Positions 12,900-26,014 of a stretch of DNA of 64,000 nucleotides are shown here, one piece after another. The translations under genes and the position numbers were made by a program. Origin of the DNA: Chiloscyllium plagiosum (Eukaryota); assembly GCF_004010195.1 (NCBI RefSeq), contig NC_057718.1, positions 39,860,579-39,924,578 on the forward strand. The letters run 5' to 3'. The notes beneath the pieces were generated by a model. It did not search any database. It had not been told where the DNA came from and saw only the letters and a list, made by a program, of their open reading frames with translations. How positions within the stretch are numbered: the first letter of the stretch is position 1; each line of letters opens with the position of its first letter.

Positions 12900-13693
12900 A
12901 TGCCTATAAAGGGAGGAGGAGCATCGGAGGCCAGGCCTGCAGCTCAGCCTGCAGCAGCCTCAGAGCAGATTACTCTCCAGAACCTGGTGAACCAGCTTTT
13001 GAAATCTCGCAAGATGTTGGGGAAACAGATTGAAGAGAAGCTGGCTCCAGTCTCTCTCATGCTGCAGAAGCATGAGCAGCAGCTGGGAGACCTGGAGAAG
13101 AAGACGGATGAGGTGGAGCACAGGGTCACAGTGGTGGAAGCTGATGCCAGTTCATTCAAGGAAGAGATCCAAGCCCTGAAGATGCAGTTCGTAATTTGCG
13201 TGACCAAGTGGATGATCTTGAAAACAGTGGCAGGAGAAAAAACATTCGGATCATCGGTCTGCCTGAGGGTAAGGAAGGTGAGCAGCCTGCGGAATTTGTT
13301 GAAGATTGGCTTCCGAAATTCCTTAACTTGGAGACTGACATGAGAGGATTGAAGATAGAGAGGCCTCACCGGATCACAGCACGGAGGTCGGGTCTCGGTC
13401 AACGCCCTCATCATTACCGGGATAAGGAGAGAGTCATGGAGGCTTCCAGACTCCAGGGGAAGGATCCAAAGGCCCTAATTTACTAGGGATCTAAGATCAT
13501 GTTTTTTCAGGACTTTTCAGCGGCGGTGATCCAGAAACGAAAATCGTATGATGGTGTCAAGAGAAAATTGAAGGAGCTTGGGATTCAGTACTCCCTGAGA
13601 TATCCGACAGTGCTTCGGATCATCTTAGGTGGATCCATGCATCTCTTTGACACATCGGAGAAGGTAAGAGACTTTGTAGACAAACTAACCTAA
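12900..13693 (+). pseudogene. L1 ORF1 (coiled coil + RRM + CTD), frameshifted
   Basis: Heptad-rich N-terminus, DLENSGRRKNIRIIGLPEG, IERPHR, FFQDFS...KRK, YSLRYP. Split across ORFs 12900-13343, 13196-13486 and 13499-13693. Confidence 0.9.
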
Positions 13694-14297
13694 GTTAAAC
13701 AATTGTAGTATGTATAAATATTGTTGCTTGGGTATGCGTTTATCATTCTGTAGAAGAAATGGAGGAAATCTGGTTGGAGCTTTGTTTTTCCCTTTTTTTT
13801 CCCTCTATTGATAATAATTTGGTGCAAACTATGTCTGGTGGTGGTTAAGATGTACATTTTTAATTTCTAAATTAGGACATACCAAAGGATGGGTGGGGTA
13901 TTTATTCCCTTTTTTTTAATAAAATAATTTTTTTTTATTCATATTGATATTCTATGGGGTGTTTATTCTTTTTAGCTTGTGTTTGCGATGCGGCTCTAGC
14001 TGGGAGAAGTCAAGGTGGTTGAGATGGTTAGATGCTTATTTATGGGCAGTTCGGGACGGGTAGTTGCCCCTTCCGGGCAGGGGGTGAGTTCCCCTACTCA
14101 GCGCTATTGGTGCTTTATATGTTGGTTTGTTTTCTGGTTTTTGTTGTTCTTTATTTTTAATAATTTTGTATGTTTGTTAAATTTAGTGGTTTTAGTTTAT
14201 GTAGTTTTTATATTTGGTGGACCATGCCACACTAAGGCTCAGCAATTTGTGGTTCGGGTTCCTCCTCTCTGGAATTTAAATGTAATTGCAGAAGATT

Positions 14298-17200
14298 ATG
14301 GCTAATGATTTGATTAAATGGTATATCTGGAATATCAAGGGAAGTCACTCACCAATTAAGAGGAAGAAGGTACTCTTGAGTCTTAGAAAGGAGAAGGTGG
14401 ATATTGCTTTGTTACAGGAGACACATTTGGATGACAAGGAGCATCTGAAATTACAGCAGAATGGCTTTGACCAAGTTTATTTTTCATCATTTAATACCAG
14501 AAGTAGAGGAGTGGCTATATTGGTAAAGAAAAATCTCTCATTTAAATTGTTGGAATGTGTTAAAGACACATATGGGAGGCTTGTAATTCTTAAAGCCTTG
14601 ATAAATGGGGAAGAATATGGCATTTTAAATGTTTATTGTCCCCCAGCTCATCCTCTTAAATTCTTGGTAGATGCTTTTTCTAAACTGATAAGTCTCAAGT
14701 CTCGGCACATCATTATAGGGGGAGATTTTAACTGCCTTATGGACCCCACAGTAGACAGGTTGCCTAAAGATCTCTCAATACCCTCTGCACAAACTAAACA
14801 GTTATTGGGTCTGTGTGGGGAATTAGGATTGGTGGACGTCTGGAGGTGTCTCCACCCTACAGGTAGGGATTTCACGTTTTTCTCCAATTCGCATAGATGT
14901 CACACAAGGATTGATTTTTTTCTGACCCCTGCGGTAACCCTGGATCTGGTGGCATCCTGTACGATTGGTAATATTGCTCCAATGTACCTCATGGTTAAAA
15001 TTGCTCTGATCATGCTCCAGTGTACCTCATGGTTAAAATTAAGGATGTTACAGTGGATTCAAGGTACTGGCGAATGGACCCCTTTATTCTCATGGACAGC
15101 AAGTTTGTGGAGTATTTCTCTAAGGAATTTTGGGCATTCCTAGACATCAACATAGGCTCAGTTGATAGCTCATCTGTTCTCTGGGAAACTGCCAAAGCTT
15201 ATGCCAGAGGGTTAGTTATTTCATATTCCACAAGTAGGAAGCGGCAGAAGGGTGGGCAGCAACGTCTCCTTGAAGCACGGTTGAAGGCAGCCGAGAAGGC
15301 CTATTTTGACAGACCCTCATTGGTCAAACTACAGAGGATTACGGCACTGCGGTCTGCACTAAATTCCGTGCTTATGCAGATGGCAAAGAAGGAGCTGGCT
15401 TTTGCAAAGCAAAGGTTATAAGAGCATGGTGACAAGCCAAGCAAATACTTAGCATACCTTGCCAGAAAGAGAAGTGCCCCACAAACCATTACAGCGATTA
15501 GGGAAAGGTCTGGGAACCTAACATGTGATTTAAAAAGATTAATGTGGCATTCCAGAGATTCTACTCTAAGTTATATCAGTCTGAGAATTGTGAGGAGGGG
15601 CAGGCCAAAATGGAATCCTTTTTTAGGGATCTGAAGCTCCCGGGTGTGACTCCCAAACAACAGTCCTTTCTCAATGCCCCATTATCAGAGCAAGAAGTGC
15701 AGGAAGCTGTGAGGCAGCTTCAGAGTGGAATGGCGCCCGGTCCTGATGGACTTCCCAGTGAATTCTATAAGGAATTTATAAGTATACTGTCAGGCCGGAT
15801 GCTGAATATGTTTAATGATTCATAAGTCATCTTTGTCTCCCACCATCTCTGAGAGAGGCCAATGTTTCATTTATCCTTAAAAAAGGGAAGGATCCGGAAG
15901 ACTGTGCTTCATACAGGCCCATCTCGCTCTTAAATGTGGACTTTAAGATCCTCTCTAAGGCACTTGCATTAAGGCTGGAGACTGTGTTACCCTCTATTAT
16001 TAAAGAGGATCAGACGGGCTTCATAAAGGATCGCAGATCCTCCAATAACGTTAGGAGGCTGCTTAACGTAATTCAAGCATGCCAACAGCAGTCAATACAG
16101 GGATTGGTGATTTCTTTAGATGCAGAGAAGGCATTTGACCAAGTTGAGTGGCCGTACCTTTTCTATACTCTAGACTGGTTTGGTCTGAGCGAAGTTTTCA
16201 CAAGATGGGTAAAGGTTCTCTACAGTGTACCTCTCGCTGCAGTCATTATCAAGTAATTTTAATATTTCTAGGGGCAGCCGGCAAGGCTGTCCCCTTTCAC
16301 CATTACTTTTTATGTTGGTGATTGAACCGTTGGCAGAGGCCATTCGTGGGGATCTCAATATATCAGCTAAGATCTCGCTGTATGCAGATGATGTTCTAAT
16401 TTTCTTGACAAATCCAGCAGTCTCAGTGCCTTGCCTGATACAATGCATTCACGCATTTGGTGCTTTTTCAGGGTATAAGATCAATTTTGCTAAATCAGAG
16501 GCTATGCCTATGGGTGGTCTTATGAAAGAGTTGGCTCTTGAGAGTGACTACAGATTCCCATTTAGGTGGTTACAGGGGGGTTTTGTTATTTGGGCACATT
16601 CATTACTCCAGTTCTGGATTGGCTGTTCAAAGCCAATTTTACTCAATTACTTGAAAAATTAAACAAGATCTCCAAAGATGGGAGGCACTTCCAGTCTCAT
16701 GGTTGGGTCGGTTAGCGCTTAAGATGAATATTCTCCCTCGTTTGCTATACCCTATACAGATGCTCCCCTGATTTCCAATAAACAAACACTCAGGAGACTG
16801 AACAGTTGGTTCAGCTCCTTTATCCGGCAACGTAAACGGTTCCTCATTAAATTAGCCAAACTGCAGTTGCCTCACAGATTGAGGGGAGTAGACCTTCCAG
16901 ACATTAAAAATTACCAATTAAGCTCGCTTTTGGCCTACGTAAGTGATTGGGTTTGTGGGGACCCTCTTTCAATATGGCTAGATATCGAAGTCTCCCAGGC
17001 AAGGTGCCCCCTTACCAGTTTGCTGTTTTTGGACAAGGTGAGGACAGTTAGGGAATATTGCCATAACCCAATAGTCATCAATACTGTTAAAGCATGGAGG
17101 GCAATTCGGCAGAGGGAAGGTAATATTGGCAAAACATCTTTGTTTACACCTTTAGTGGGTATGCCGAGTTTTCAACCACGTATGATAGATTCAGGATTTA

Positions 17201-18080
17201 AACTTTGGGCAGCTAGGGGTGTATCTTGCATGGGTGATTTATTTGAGGAAGATATAATGATGTCCTTCGATCAGTTAGTACGGAAGTACAAGTTACCTAA
17301 TAGAGACCTCTTTCGTTTTTTTCAAGTTAGGAATTTTATTCAAAAAAAGACCACACTTTTGACTGATCCCTACAAATCTTGCATAGAAAGAGGGTACTAA
17401 GGGCTAAGAGTACCCTCTCTGTCAGTACTCTATATCATCAATTGGGGGGTGCCACCTCAAATGAGTCTGATCGACTCTGCAAGATGTGGGAGAGAGATCT
17501 GGGTGTTGAAGTTTCATCAGACACATGGGAGGATATTTGGGAGAATGCAAGGAAGATATCAATTTGCAATAGGACCCATGCTTTACAGTTGAAGATTCTC
17601 CACAGGGTCCACTTAGCCCTAGACCGTTTGTCAAAATTTAAACCAGGGGTATCTTCAGCATGTCCCAAGTGCAAGGTCTGTACGGGTACTCTTACCCATT
17701 GTCTTTGGTCTTGTGACACGCTTCAAACATATTGGAGTGCTGTGGTGGGTGCAATGGAGAGGATTTTAGGTGTAAGGGTGAAGAAGGACCCTATTTCCCT
17801 CCTTTTGGGCCTACCCATTGTATTTCCTGCAGACTCGCATAAGGAAAAACTTTTCAATATTCTTACATTCTGTGCAAGGAAGAATATCTTGCTAGGTTGG
17901 ATATCAGAAAACCCCCCAGGCCTATCGGGTTGGCGGAAGATTGTTATGGAGCATTTTCCCCCGAATTTTCTCACAAATATGGTACACCACAAAACTGAGA
18001 ATTTTTACAAGACATGGCAACCCTTTTTGAAATACCTGGACACAGATTTATCTGCCACACTAACAAGGGCTTTTATATAG
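14298..18080 (+). pseudogene. L1 ORF2 (APE endonuclease, reverse transcriptase, C-terminal CCHC), multiply disabled
   Basis: WNIKG, LQETH, GGDFN, RIDFF, SDH (EN); PGPDG, YRPISLLN.D.KI, LDAEKAFD, RQGCPLSP, YADD (RT); CPKC-x8-H-x4-C. Several frameshifts and stops. Confidence 0.93.
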
Positions 18081-18420
18081 CCGTAACGATTGTGTTTCAT
18101 GAGTCCAATATCCAGGGAGGAGGAACTGTGAATGTATGACTGTTTTGTGTTGGCTGGGCTGAGTTATTACTATTTATTTGTTTGTTGTTAGGTATTTATT
18201 TAGTTAGTTAAATAGCTAGTTTAGGTATTTTTTATTTTATACTTCTCTATATATGTTTATACATTCATATAGGAAGGTGGGCTGGGGAATTTTTTTATTA
18301 TTTGGGTTTAGTTTTGTACTATTTTTGTACTGTTTTGAATTGCATTGTTTGTATTTGTTGTAAGATTTAAAAATCTATTTTTTCTTAATAAAAATATATT
18401 ATATAAAAATCAGGAAAAAA

Positions 18421-18680
18421 AAAGGCATTTAGCACATTAGCCTTCATTGCTCAGACCTTTGAGTATAGGAGTTGGGATCGAGAGTGTGGTGCTGGAAAAG
18501 CACAGCAGGTCAAGCAGCAGAGGAGCAGGCAATTCGACGTTTCGAGCAAAAGCCTTTCGAGCAAAATCTGGAATCAGCACCACAACTTTTGACTTTGATC
18601 TCCAGCATCTGCAGTCCTCACTTTCGCCTATAGGAGTTGGAATGTCATGTTGAGGTTACGCAGGACATTGGTGAGGCACA
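18421..18680 (+). mobile_element. CR1 fragment, right part, interrupted by a family A insert
   Basis: aaggcatttagcacattagccttcatt...gtcatgttgagg...ggacattggtgagg continues the CR1 ORF2 broken at 12732. Confidence 0.8.
18476..18628. mobile_element. Family A short element, inverted pair, internally deleted
   Basis: 12 bp duplication tataggagttgg at 18464-18475 and 18629-18640; carries the family terminus ctccagcatctgcagtcctcacttt. Confidence 0.78.
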
Positions 18681-18995
18681 CAGTTGTTTCAGGACTTTTA
18701 AAATCCAAGCTTACCATCACCAAATCAATCAAAATCACCAAAACTACTGTTTTCATGTTTGGGAATACTGCACCTAGGGACTATAACCAGGAGCCTTGGT
18801 TCCTGAATAGACAAAGTTAAAGTCAAGTTCAAGTTGTCTGACAATTCAACAAAGGTTCAAAGTGAACTGTGTCTGCTCACTATGACAAGTGAATTGAATT
18901 CAATTACATCCAAAAGGAAAATAATATGCAATGAGAAAACGTGCTCAGTCAGCAGGACTAGACACATAACTAAATAAGCTGTACTTGAACATATC

Positions 18996-19131
18996 ATGAT
19001 TTGGAGGTGCCGGTTTGGGCTGGGGTGTACAAAATTAAAAATCGCACAACATCAGGTTATAGTCCAACAGGTTTATTTGGAAGCACTAGCTTTCGGAGCG
19101 CTGCTCCTTCATCACCACCTGATTTTTAACT
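18996..19131 (-). mobile_element. Family B hammerhead-bearing short element (core damaged)
   Basis: atgatttggaggtgccgg...aagcactagctttcggagcgctgctccttcatca; flanking near-duplication ttgaacatatc / ttgaatatatc. Minus strand TGATGA-A-GGAGC-AGC-GCTCC-GAAA-GC-TA lacks C3. Confidence 0.78.
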
Positions 19132-19144
19132 TTGAATATATCAA

Positions 19145-20045
19145 ATCAAGTATAGTTAGTAAGTTTGCAGATGACACCAAATTTGGCAATCCTTCCTATA
19201 GGAGAGACCAAAATTGCATACAATGTTCCAAAAGTGGCCTAACCAATGTCCTAAAAATGTGGAACATGACCTCTCAATGCTTATACTCAATACTCTGACC
19301 AACAGAGGAAAGCATACCAAATGCCTTCTTCACTATCCTATCCACCTGTGACTCCACTTTCAAGGAACTATGAACCTGCACTCCAAGGTCTCTTGTTCAG
19401 CAACACAGCCCAGGACCTTTACCACTAAGTGTATAAGTCATGCCCTGATTTGCCTTTCCAAAATGCAACACTGCACCTTTATCTAAATTAAACTTCATCT
19501 GCCACTCTTTGGCCCATTGGCCCATCTGATCAAGATCCCATTGTACTCTGAGGTAACCTTCTTCACTGTGATCAGAAGAGATTTCCAAGAATGTTGCCAG
19601 GGTTGGAGGGTTTGAGCTATAGGGAGAAGATGAATTGGTTGGGGTTGTTTTCCCTGGAGTGTCAGAGGCCGAGGGGTGAGCGTATAGAGGTATATAAAAC
19701 TATGAGGGGCATGGATAGGATGAATAGACAAGGTCTTTTCCCTGGGGTGAGGGAGTCCAGAATTAGAGGGCATAGGTTTAGGGTGAGGGGGATAAATTTA
19801 AAAGGGACCTCAGGGGTAACTTTTTCACGCAGAGGGTGGTGCACGTATGGAATGAACTACCATAGGAAGTAATGGAGGTGGTACAATTACAACTTTTAAA
19901 AGCATCTGGATGAGTATATGAATAGGAAGAGTTTAGAGGGATATGGGCCAAGTGCTGGCAGGTGAGACTACATTAATTTAGGATGTCTAGTTGGCATGAT
20001 CAAGTTGGACCAAAGGTTTCTGTGCTGTACATCTCTAGGACTCTA
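19145..20045. mobile_element. CR1 3' portion with internal inversion (+ 19145-19186, - 19187-19568, + 19569-20045)
   Basis: VSKFADDTK on +, then SEEGYLRVQWDLDQMGQWA on -, then QKRF.RMLPGLEGLSYRE and 3' UTR on +. Confidence 0.85.
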
Positions 20046-20729
20046 AATGTGGATTAGTTTCAATACATGACACCTTCATATCTTTGCACACAGAAATGCA
20101 CTCATTCCTTTATTAATCCCAGTAAAAGCAGACTACTCTGACAAAATAGAACTGCGCAACTAATTAAATATCCAAATATTAACATTGGAAGGCAAAGGTC
20201 CCTAATTTTTGAAATTATTTTTCCAGATGGTCCGAGAATTGGGAGTCAACAATTGAAATTCCTCTCAAACAAGCAGTCTCTATTAATCTCCAGGCATTAT
20301 GGTGTAGTCTCAGATAGGAATGGAAAACGTAGCTGGAATTAGAGATAGGAAACCTTCCCTGAACACTCATATTGCTCAATCATTTGTGCAACCTGTGGCT
20401 CTGAGAGTCAGAACAAATCAACACACACAAAGCAGCATCCACTGGGGCATGTAGGGTTCATTATGTAAGTAATCACTTCCTATATTTCACTGCATAGTTA
20501 ATGATTGCTGTAAAAACAACATATATCATGCAGAATGCTGTAAGACATTGACACCATAATAACAGAATAAAAATAGTTTTTTGACAATCAAAATTTAACT
20601 AAAAACAGTTCAATATTTTACATTCTAAGCAACTTAAATGGCAAATGATCTAGCGCAGGGTTTTAAAAAGATTATTGCCAGTGGGAATTGTCTTTTCCTT
20701 TTCTCATCATGTACGGTCCCTGATCAATA

Positions 20730-21075
20730 AGGGACAGCGCGGTGGCTCAGTGGTTAGCACTGCTGCCTCAGAGCACAAGGGACCAAGGTTCTTTTTCAGC
20801 CTCAGGCAACTATTTGTGTGGAACTTGTACATCCACCCCATTTCTGTGTGGGTTTCCTCCTGGTGCTCTGGTTTCCTTCCACAATCCAAAGATGTGCAGG
20901 TTAGGTGGATTGGCCAGGCTAAATTGCCAACAGTGTCTGGGGATGTGTAGGTTGGGTAAATCGGCCATGGTGGGGTAGTGACAGGATTACAGGGATAGGA
21001 TGAGATGCTCTTTTGAAAGTCAGTGTGGACTTGTTGGGCCAAATGGCCTGTTTGCACACTGTAGGGATTCTATGG
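20730..21075 (+). mobile_element. HE1-type SINE
   Basis: GGTGGCTCAGTGGTTAGC head, central domain, ...ctgtagggattctat tail. Confidence 0.88.
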
Positions 21076-21175
21076 AATAAGCTGTACCTGATCTGCATTA
21101 TTGCACTCCTAACCTTAGTCATTTCCATCCATTCCTCACCTACCAATTGTAAGTGCACCTATGATCAGAAACTTA

Positions 21176-21390
21176 CATTAGATTCCCTACAGTATGGAAA
21201 CAGGCCCTTTGGCCCAACAAGTCCACACTGTTCCTCCAAACAGTAACCCACCCAGACCCATTGTCCGACCCTATATTTACCCCTGATGAATGCACCTATC
21301 ACTATGGGAAATTTAGCGTAGCCAGTTCACCTAAACTGCACATCTTTGGATTGTGGGGGGAAACCAGAACTGACAAGGGGAGAATTTAAT
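21176..21390 (-). mobile_element. HE1-type SINE, partial
   Basis: Reverse complement of the 3' half of 24870-25182. Lies tail-to-tail with the preceding SINE. Confidence 0.82.
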
Positions 21391-21399
21391 AGTATTGGA

Positions 21400-23400
21400 A
21401 TGCTACGATAGTGCCTTTACTATGAAAACTGAAGCAAAGTGTTTCTTCAACTCCTCTGCCATTTTCTGGTTTCCTGTTAGTATTAGTTCCTCAGACTCAT
21501 TCACTTTGACTTCTCTTTTCCTTTTTATTTATTTAAAGAAGCTCTTGTTATCCATCTTGATATTACTTGCAGGTTTAATTTCTAAGTTTGCATAAGAACT
21601 AGAAACTGAAGTAGGCAATTCAGTCACTTGAGCCTGCTCTGTCATTGAATATTATCATGACTGATCTTATCTGTCTCAACTCCACTTTTCTGTCTGGTCT
21701 TCCTAAACCTTCAAATCATCACTAACTAAAAATGTTTCTGTCTATCTCGTCCTTAAATTTACTCGAGGTCCCGATATTGACTGCACTCTGGGGTATCTGG
21801 GGAATTCACTACACCGCCCTTTGGGAGAAGTAATGCCTCTGCTCTGTTTTACGTCTGCTACCCATTAAACTAAAACTATGACCACTCATTGTAATAGCCT
21901 CCCAAGTGGAAACATCAGCTTTACTTAAATTTGTCAACCCCCTTTAATATCTTAGATACTTCAATTAGATCTTGCACTCTTCTAAACTCTAGGGAGTATA
22001 GGTCAAAACTGCTCAATCTCTCTTTATAAGACAAACCCCTTATCTCTGGAATCAATCTACTGAACTTCTTCTGAGCAACCTCCAATGCAACTACATCACT
22101 TCTCAAGTAAAGGGTCCAAAACTGTGTGTATTGTTTTGGTCATCTTTTGTGGTTTTTAAAACTTTCCCAGTCCTCTAGTTTACTACCAGTCTTTGCCATA
22201 TTTTATGCTTTTTTTCTTTCAATTTGATGCTATCTTTAACTTCACAGTTAACCACAGTTGGGTTATCCCCTTCCTAAAATCCTCCTTCCTCACTGGAATA
22301 TTTCTTTGCTGTGAGCCATGAACTATTTTATTAAATGTTTACCATTGTTACTCAAGCACCTTCTCTGCAAAACTCCTTTCCCAGTCCGCTCCAGCCAGCT
22401 CTGCCCTTATTCCTTTGTAATTACCCCGTTTTACGTTTAGTACAGCTGGTTCTGACTCAAGTTCTTCCCTCTCAAACTGAATGCGAAATTCACTTAAGTT
22501 AGTCACTGTTTCTAAGATCTTTTACTCTGACATCATTTATTAAAACTGTTTCATTACGCATCACCACATCCAAAATAGCCTATTGCCTGGTTAGATCCAA
22601 AACATATTTTGTGGCTTGGTGGCTCAGAGTGCCAGGGACCTGGGTTTGATTCTACCCTCAGGCAATGTCTGCAGATTGCACATTCTCCCATGGTCTGCAT
22701 CACTCCAAAGGTGTGCAGGTTAGGTGTAACTGGCCATGCTAAATTGTCTAGGGATATGCAGGCTTGGTGGATTAGCCATGGGAAATGCAGGGTTACAGGG
22801 ATAAGTTGGGGAGGGTGGATCTGGGTGGGATGCTCTTCGGAGAGTCAGTGTGGACCCAATGGGCCCAACTGCCTGCTTCAATTCTGTCGGGATTCTATGT
22901 ACTTCTGGGAAACAGTCTGAGTTCTCATGGCTTCTTCTGCAAATCTGACTATCCCAACCTCCATGAAGATTAAAGTCATCCATGATTAATGTTCTGCCTT
23001 TGTTACAAGCCCTCATTATCTCCTCTTTTATTCTCTGTCGCACTGCATAGGGAGCTTTTAAACTATTCCTACCAACGTCTTGTTTCCCTTTTAATTGCTT
23101 CCTTCCACCCTTACTTATTCCAGCCCATACCAACAATGCTAGCCCACCACCCTTTCCTTCAAAAAGTCACATACTACTGAATATTTAGTACCCAGATTGA
23201 TCTCCATAATGGCTGGAAGATCATACCCGTTGACTTGAAAAATAATGCTAGTAATTCATTTATTTTAAAATTACTTTCATTCAAGAAAGAGACACTTATC
23301 TTTTTACCATTTTCTCCCCCTTTTGACCATATTTACTGCTGTCTTTCTATGTTTGTATACTTTGTCCCTTTTTGTCCTGCTCTGGGTATCTATATCCCGA
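21400..23400 (-). mobile_element. Fragmented CR1 LINE(s) (3' end, ORF2 and EN pieces) with an internal SINE
   Basis: ALEVAQKKFSRLIPEIRGLSYKERL on -; EN motif IMDDFNLH at about 22960-22990. Confidence 0.7.
22610..22898 (+). mobile_element. HE1-type SINE, degenerate
   Basis: cagagtgccagggacctgggtttgattc...gtgcaggttagg..tggccatgctaaattg...gggattctat. Confidence 0.78.
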
Positions 23401-23953
23401 TACGAGAATTAAAAAAAAATGAAAGAAGACAAAGACTACAACTGCAACTAATTTTAAATTTTGATTTCAGAAAATAAATCTAAACCAAGCATAGGTTTGG
23501 GGTTTATAAACAAGGCTCCGGCTGTTATTACTTTTAGAACAATGACTACAGTAAGTGGTGTCAGTGGGAATTTCTAGCCAGTATGTTGCAATCTTGTTAA
23601 GGACTGTTAAAGTTTATAGACAAATCCAAACACCCAATGATTAATGAAAAGAACTATGCCACAAGATTTAAAGTCTTTAAACAAAAACAAAGTTTACACT
23701 AGATAAAAATTAAAACAAAGCAAGCATTATAAATGGAATGCTGTAGTTTGTAACAACATATACTATGACCTCAGATCTACATCTAAATACCGCCTCTCCG
23801 GAAATGTTTCCTCTCACATTACAAGAATCTTGAAAGCTCATTCACTTTTGCTGGGTCAAACTCAAAGTTATGACACAGCTGTGCAGATGTCAGTTTGGTT
23901 TCTCTTCAGTGTTTCAATTAATCTACAAGGTGTGAAATATCACGATAGTCCTT

Positions 23954-24152
23954 ATGATTTGGAGATGCCGGTGTTGGACTGTGGTGGACAAAGTTAAAAA
24001 TCACACAACACCAGGTTATAGTCCAACAGGTTTAATTGGAAGCACTACTTCGGAGCACTGCTCCTTCATCAGGAACCTGATGCTAGTGCTTCTCAAAGCT
24101 AGTGCTTCCAATTAAACCTTTTGGACTATAACCTGGTTTTGTGCGATTTTTA
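23954..24152. mobile_element. Family B short element, head-to-head inverted pair
   Basis: Long inverted repeat centred near 24075; flanking duplication acgatagtcctt (23942-23953) / acgatagttctt (24153-24164); degenerate CTGATGA...GAA cores. Confidence 0.82.
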
Positions 24153-24869
24153 ACGATAGTTCTTCTTCTTCAAAGACTTTACGATTGTGGATTTTTCAAT
24201 TCAAGCATGGGCAGAAGGGATTTAAACATTAGGAACACCCATGATTCCTAAGAACCCTCAAACACTTCCCCAGCTTCAATCACTTCCCAGTACAGTTGCT
24301 GGCCTGGATTTCCCTGTGCATTATATGCTGACTGCTTGTGGCTGTGCACTTTTGTGAGCAAATACATACATATAATAATAGGAGCCCTCCAACCTCCACA
24401 TACCATCTCCATGACAGCATGGCATTCCCAGGATGTTCCAAATAGAAAAATAAACAAAATATCTTTTCTTTAATTCGGTAATCAACGGGAACAATTTTTA
24501 CCTCTCATGGATACAAATTGCCCTCTCTTCAAACTTGCTGATTCCTATTAAGGAACTCCCTTGATTTACAAGCTGAGGACCTATACACATTATTTAAATC
24601 TTTTCCTGAAGCAAGAGCAGATCTTCTAGTCCCAATAGAAGCAAAGAAAATGATCTTGTTCATTGCAATCAAGCCTCTACCTCTAATCTTGTAAAATGAG
24701 CACAGATTAGCTTGTAACTATTAATTTACTCCAAGTTTGTTTGGTGTGCATTCACAATCAGTTGTTTAAAAACTAAAAAGTTACATTCTAAAAAAATATG
24801 AAATATGAATTGGATATTCACAACAAGCAATATAACAGAGGTTAATAAAATGTTACCGGTTACAAGACA

Positions 24870-25182
24870 CGGGGCGGCACAGTGGTTAGCACTGCTGCCT
24901 CACAGCACCAGGGACCCAGATTCAATTCCTGCCTTGGGCAACTGTCTGTGTGGAGTTTGCACATTCTCCCCATGTCTGCGTGGGTTTCCTCCGGGTGCTT
25001 TGATTTCATCCCACAGTCCAAAGATGTGCAGGTTGGGTGAATTGGCCATGCTAAATTGCCCATAGTGTTAAGTGAAAGGGTAAATGTAGGGAAATGGGTC
25101 TGGGCGGGTTGCTCTTCGGAGGGTCAGTGTGGACTTGTTGGGCCGAAGGGCCTGTTTCCACACTGTAAGTAATCTAATCTAA
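24870..25182 (+). mobile_element. HE1-type SINE, full length
   Basis: Box A/B head, central domain, gtaagtaatctaatctaa tail. Confidence 0.92.
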
Positions 25183-25221
25183 AACTGAACTGGTGTGTTC
25201 CGAAGGAGCATCACACCTGGA

Positions 25222-25612
25222 TATCATGTTGTGGTTGTACAGGACATTGATGAGGCCAATTTGGAGCACTGTTTTGGTTGCTCTACTATAATAAGGATAT
25301 TATTAAATTGGTAAGTGTGCAGAAAAGATTTACAAGGATGTTATCAGGACTAGATGGTTTGAGTTATAAAGGAGACGCTGGATATACTGGGACTTTTTTC
25401 AATGGAGCATAGGATGTTGAGGGGTGACCTTATACAGATTTATAAAATCATGAGGGGCATTAGTAAGGTGGTCTTTTCCCTAGGGTAGGGGTATTCAAAA
25501 CTAGAGAGCATAGTTGTAAGGTGAGAGGAGAAAGATTTAAAAGGGATGCGAGGGGCAATTTTTTCACATACAGGGTGGTTCTTGTACGAACTGAACTGTC
25601 AGAGGAAGTAAT
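25222..25612 (+). mobile_element. CR1 ORF2 3' fragment
   Basis: LYRTLMRP.LEH...VQKRFTRML..L...VRGERFKRD.RGNFFT.RVV. Confidence 0.8.
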
Positions 25613-26014
25613 AGATAAACTGCTAGGCTACCTTCATATCCAAAGTTCAAGGTCTTGCTGCTCTGGTACCCCCTTTACAATTGGCTTTCCTCATGTTTGC
25701 AATAAAGAGACATCGCTTCACATTACTCAGCATTAAACTTCATCTACCATGTGTCTGTTCCACTAAGCTATCTCTTCTTGAAGTCTATAACTATCCTTCT
25801 TACAGCTCACTATTTGTATATTCAGTAGCATCCTCAGATTTTGAAATTATGCATCACATTTAAGAGGAGGTGATAAATGGAGACCGAGAAACGTAGCGAG
25901 TTTAGCACCAGTTCCGGATTAACCCCACTCTATGTCGCCCTCCAGTCTGAAAATCAAGCAAACATTCACCACTACTCTGTCTCCTGTCATCCAGCTAACA
26001 TTATATACTTGCTA

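Larger units (their letters stand above)
12733..18418 (+). mobile_element. Full-length, disabled L1-clade LINE (about 5.7 kb), antisense to MARK1
   Basis: Short 5' UTR, ORF1, about 600 bp spacer, ORF2 (APE-RT-CCHC), T-rich 3' UTR, AATAAA at 18387-18392 and A-rich tail. Insertion at TT|AAGAAGGC with TSD-like aagaaggc (12725-12732) / aaaaaggc (18419-18426). Confidence 0.93.
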
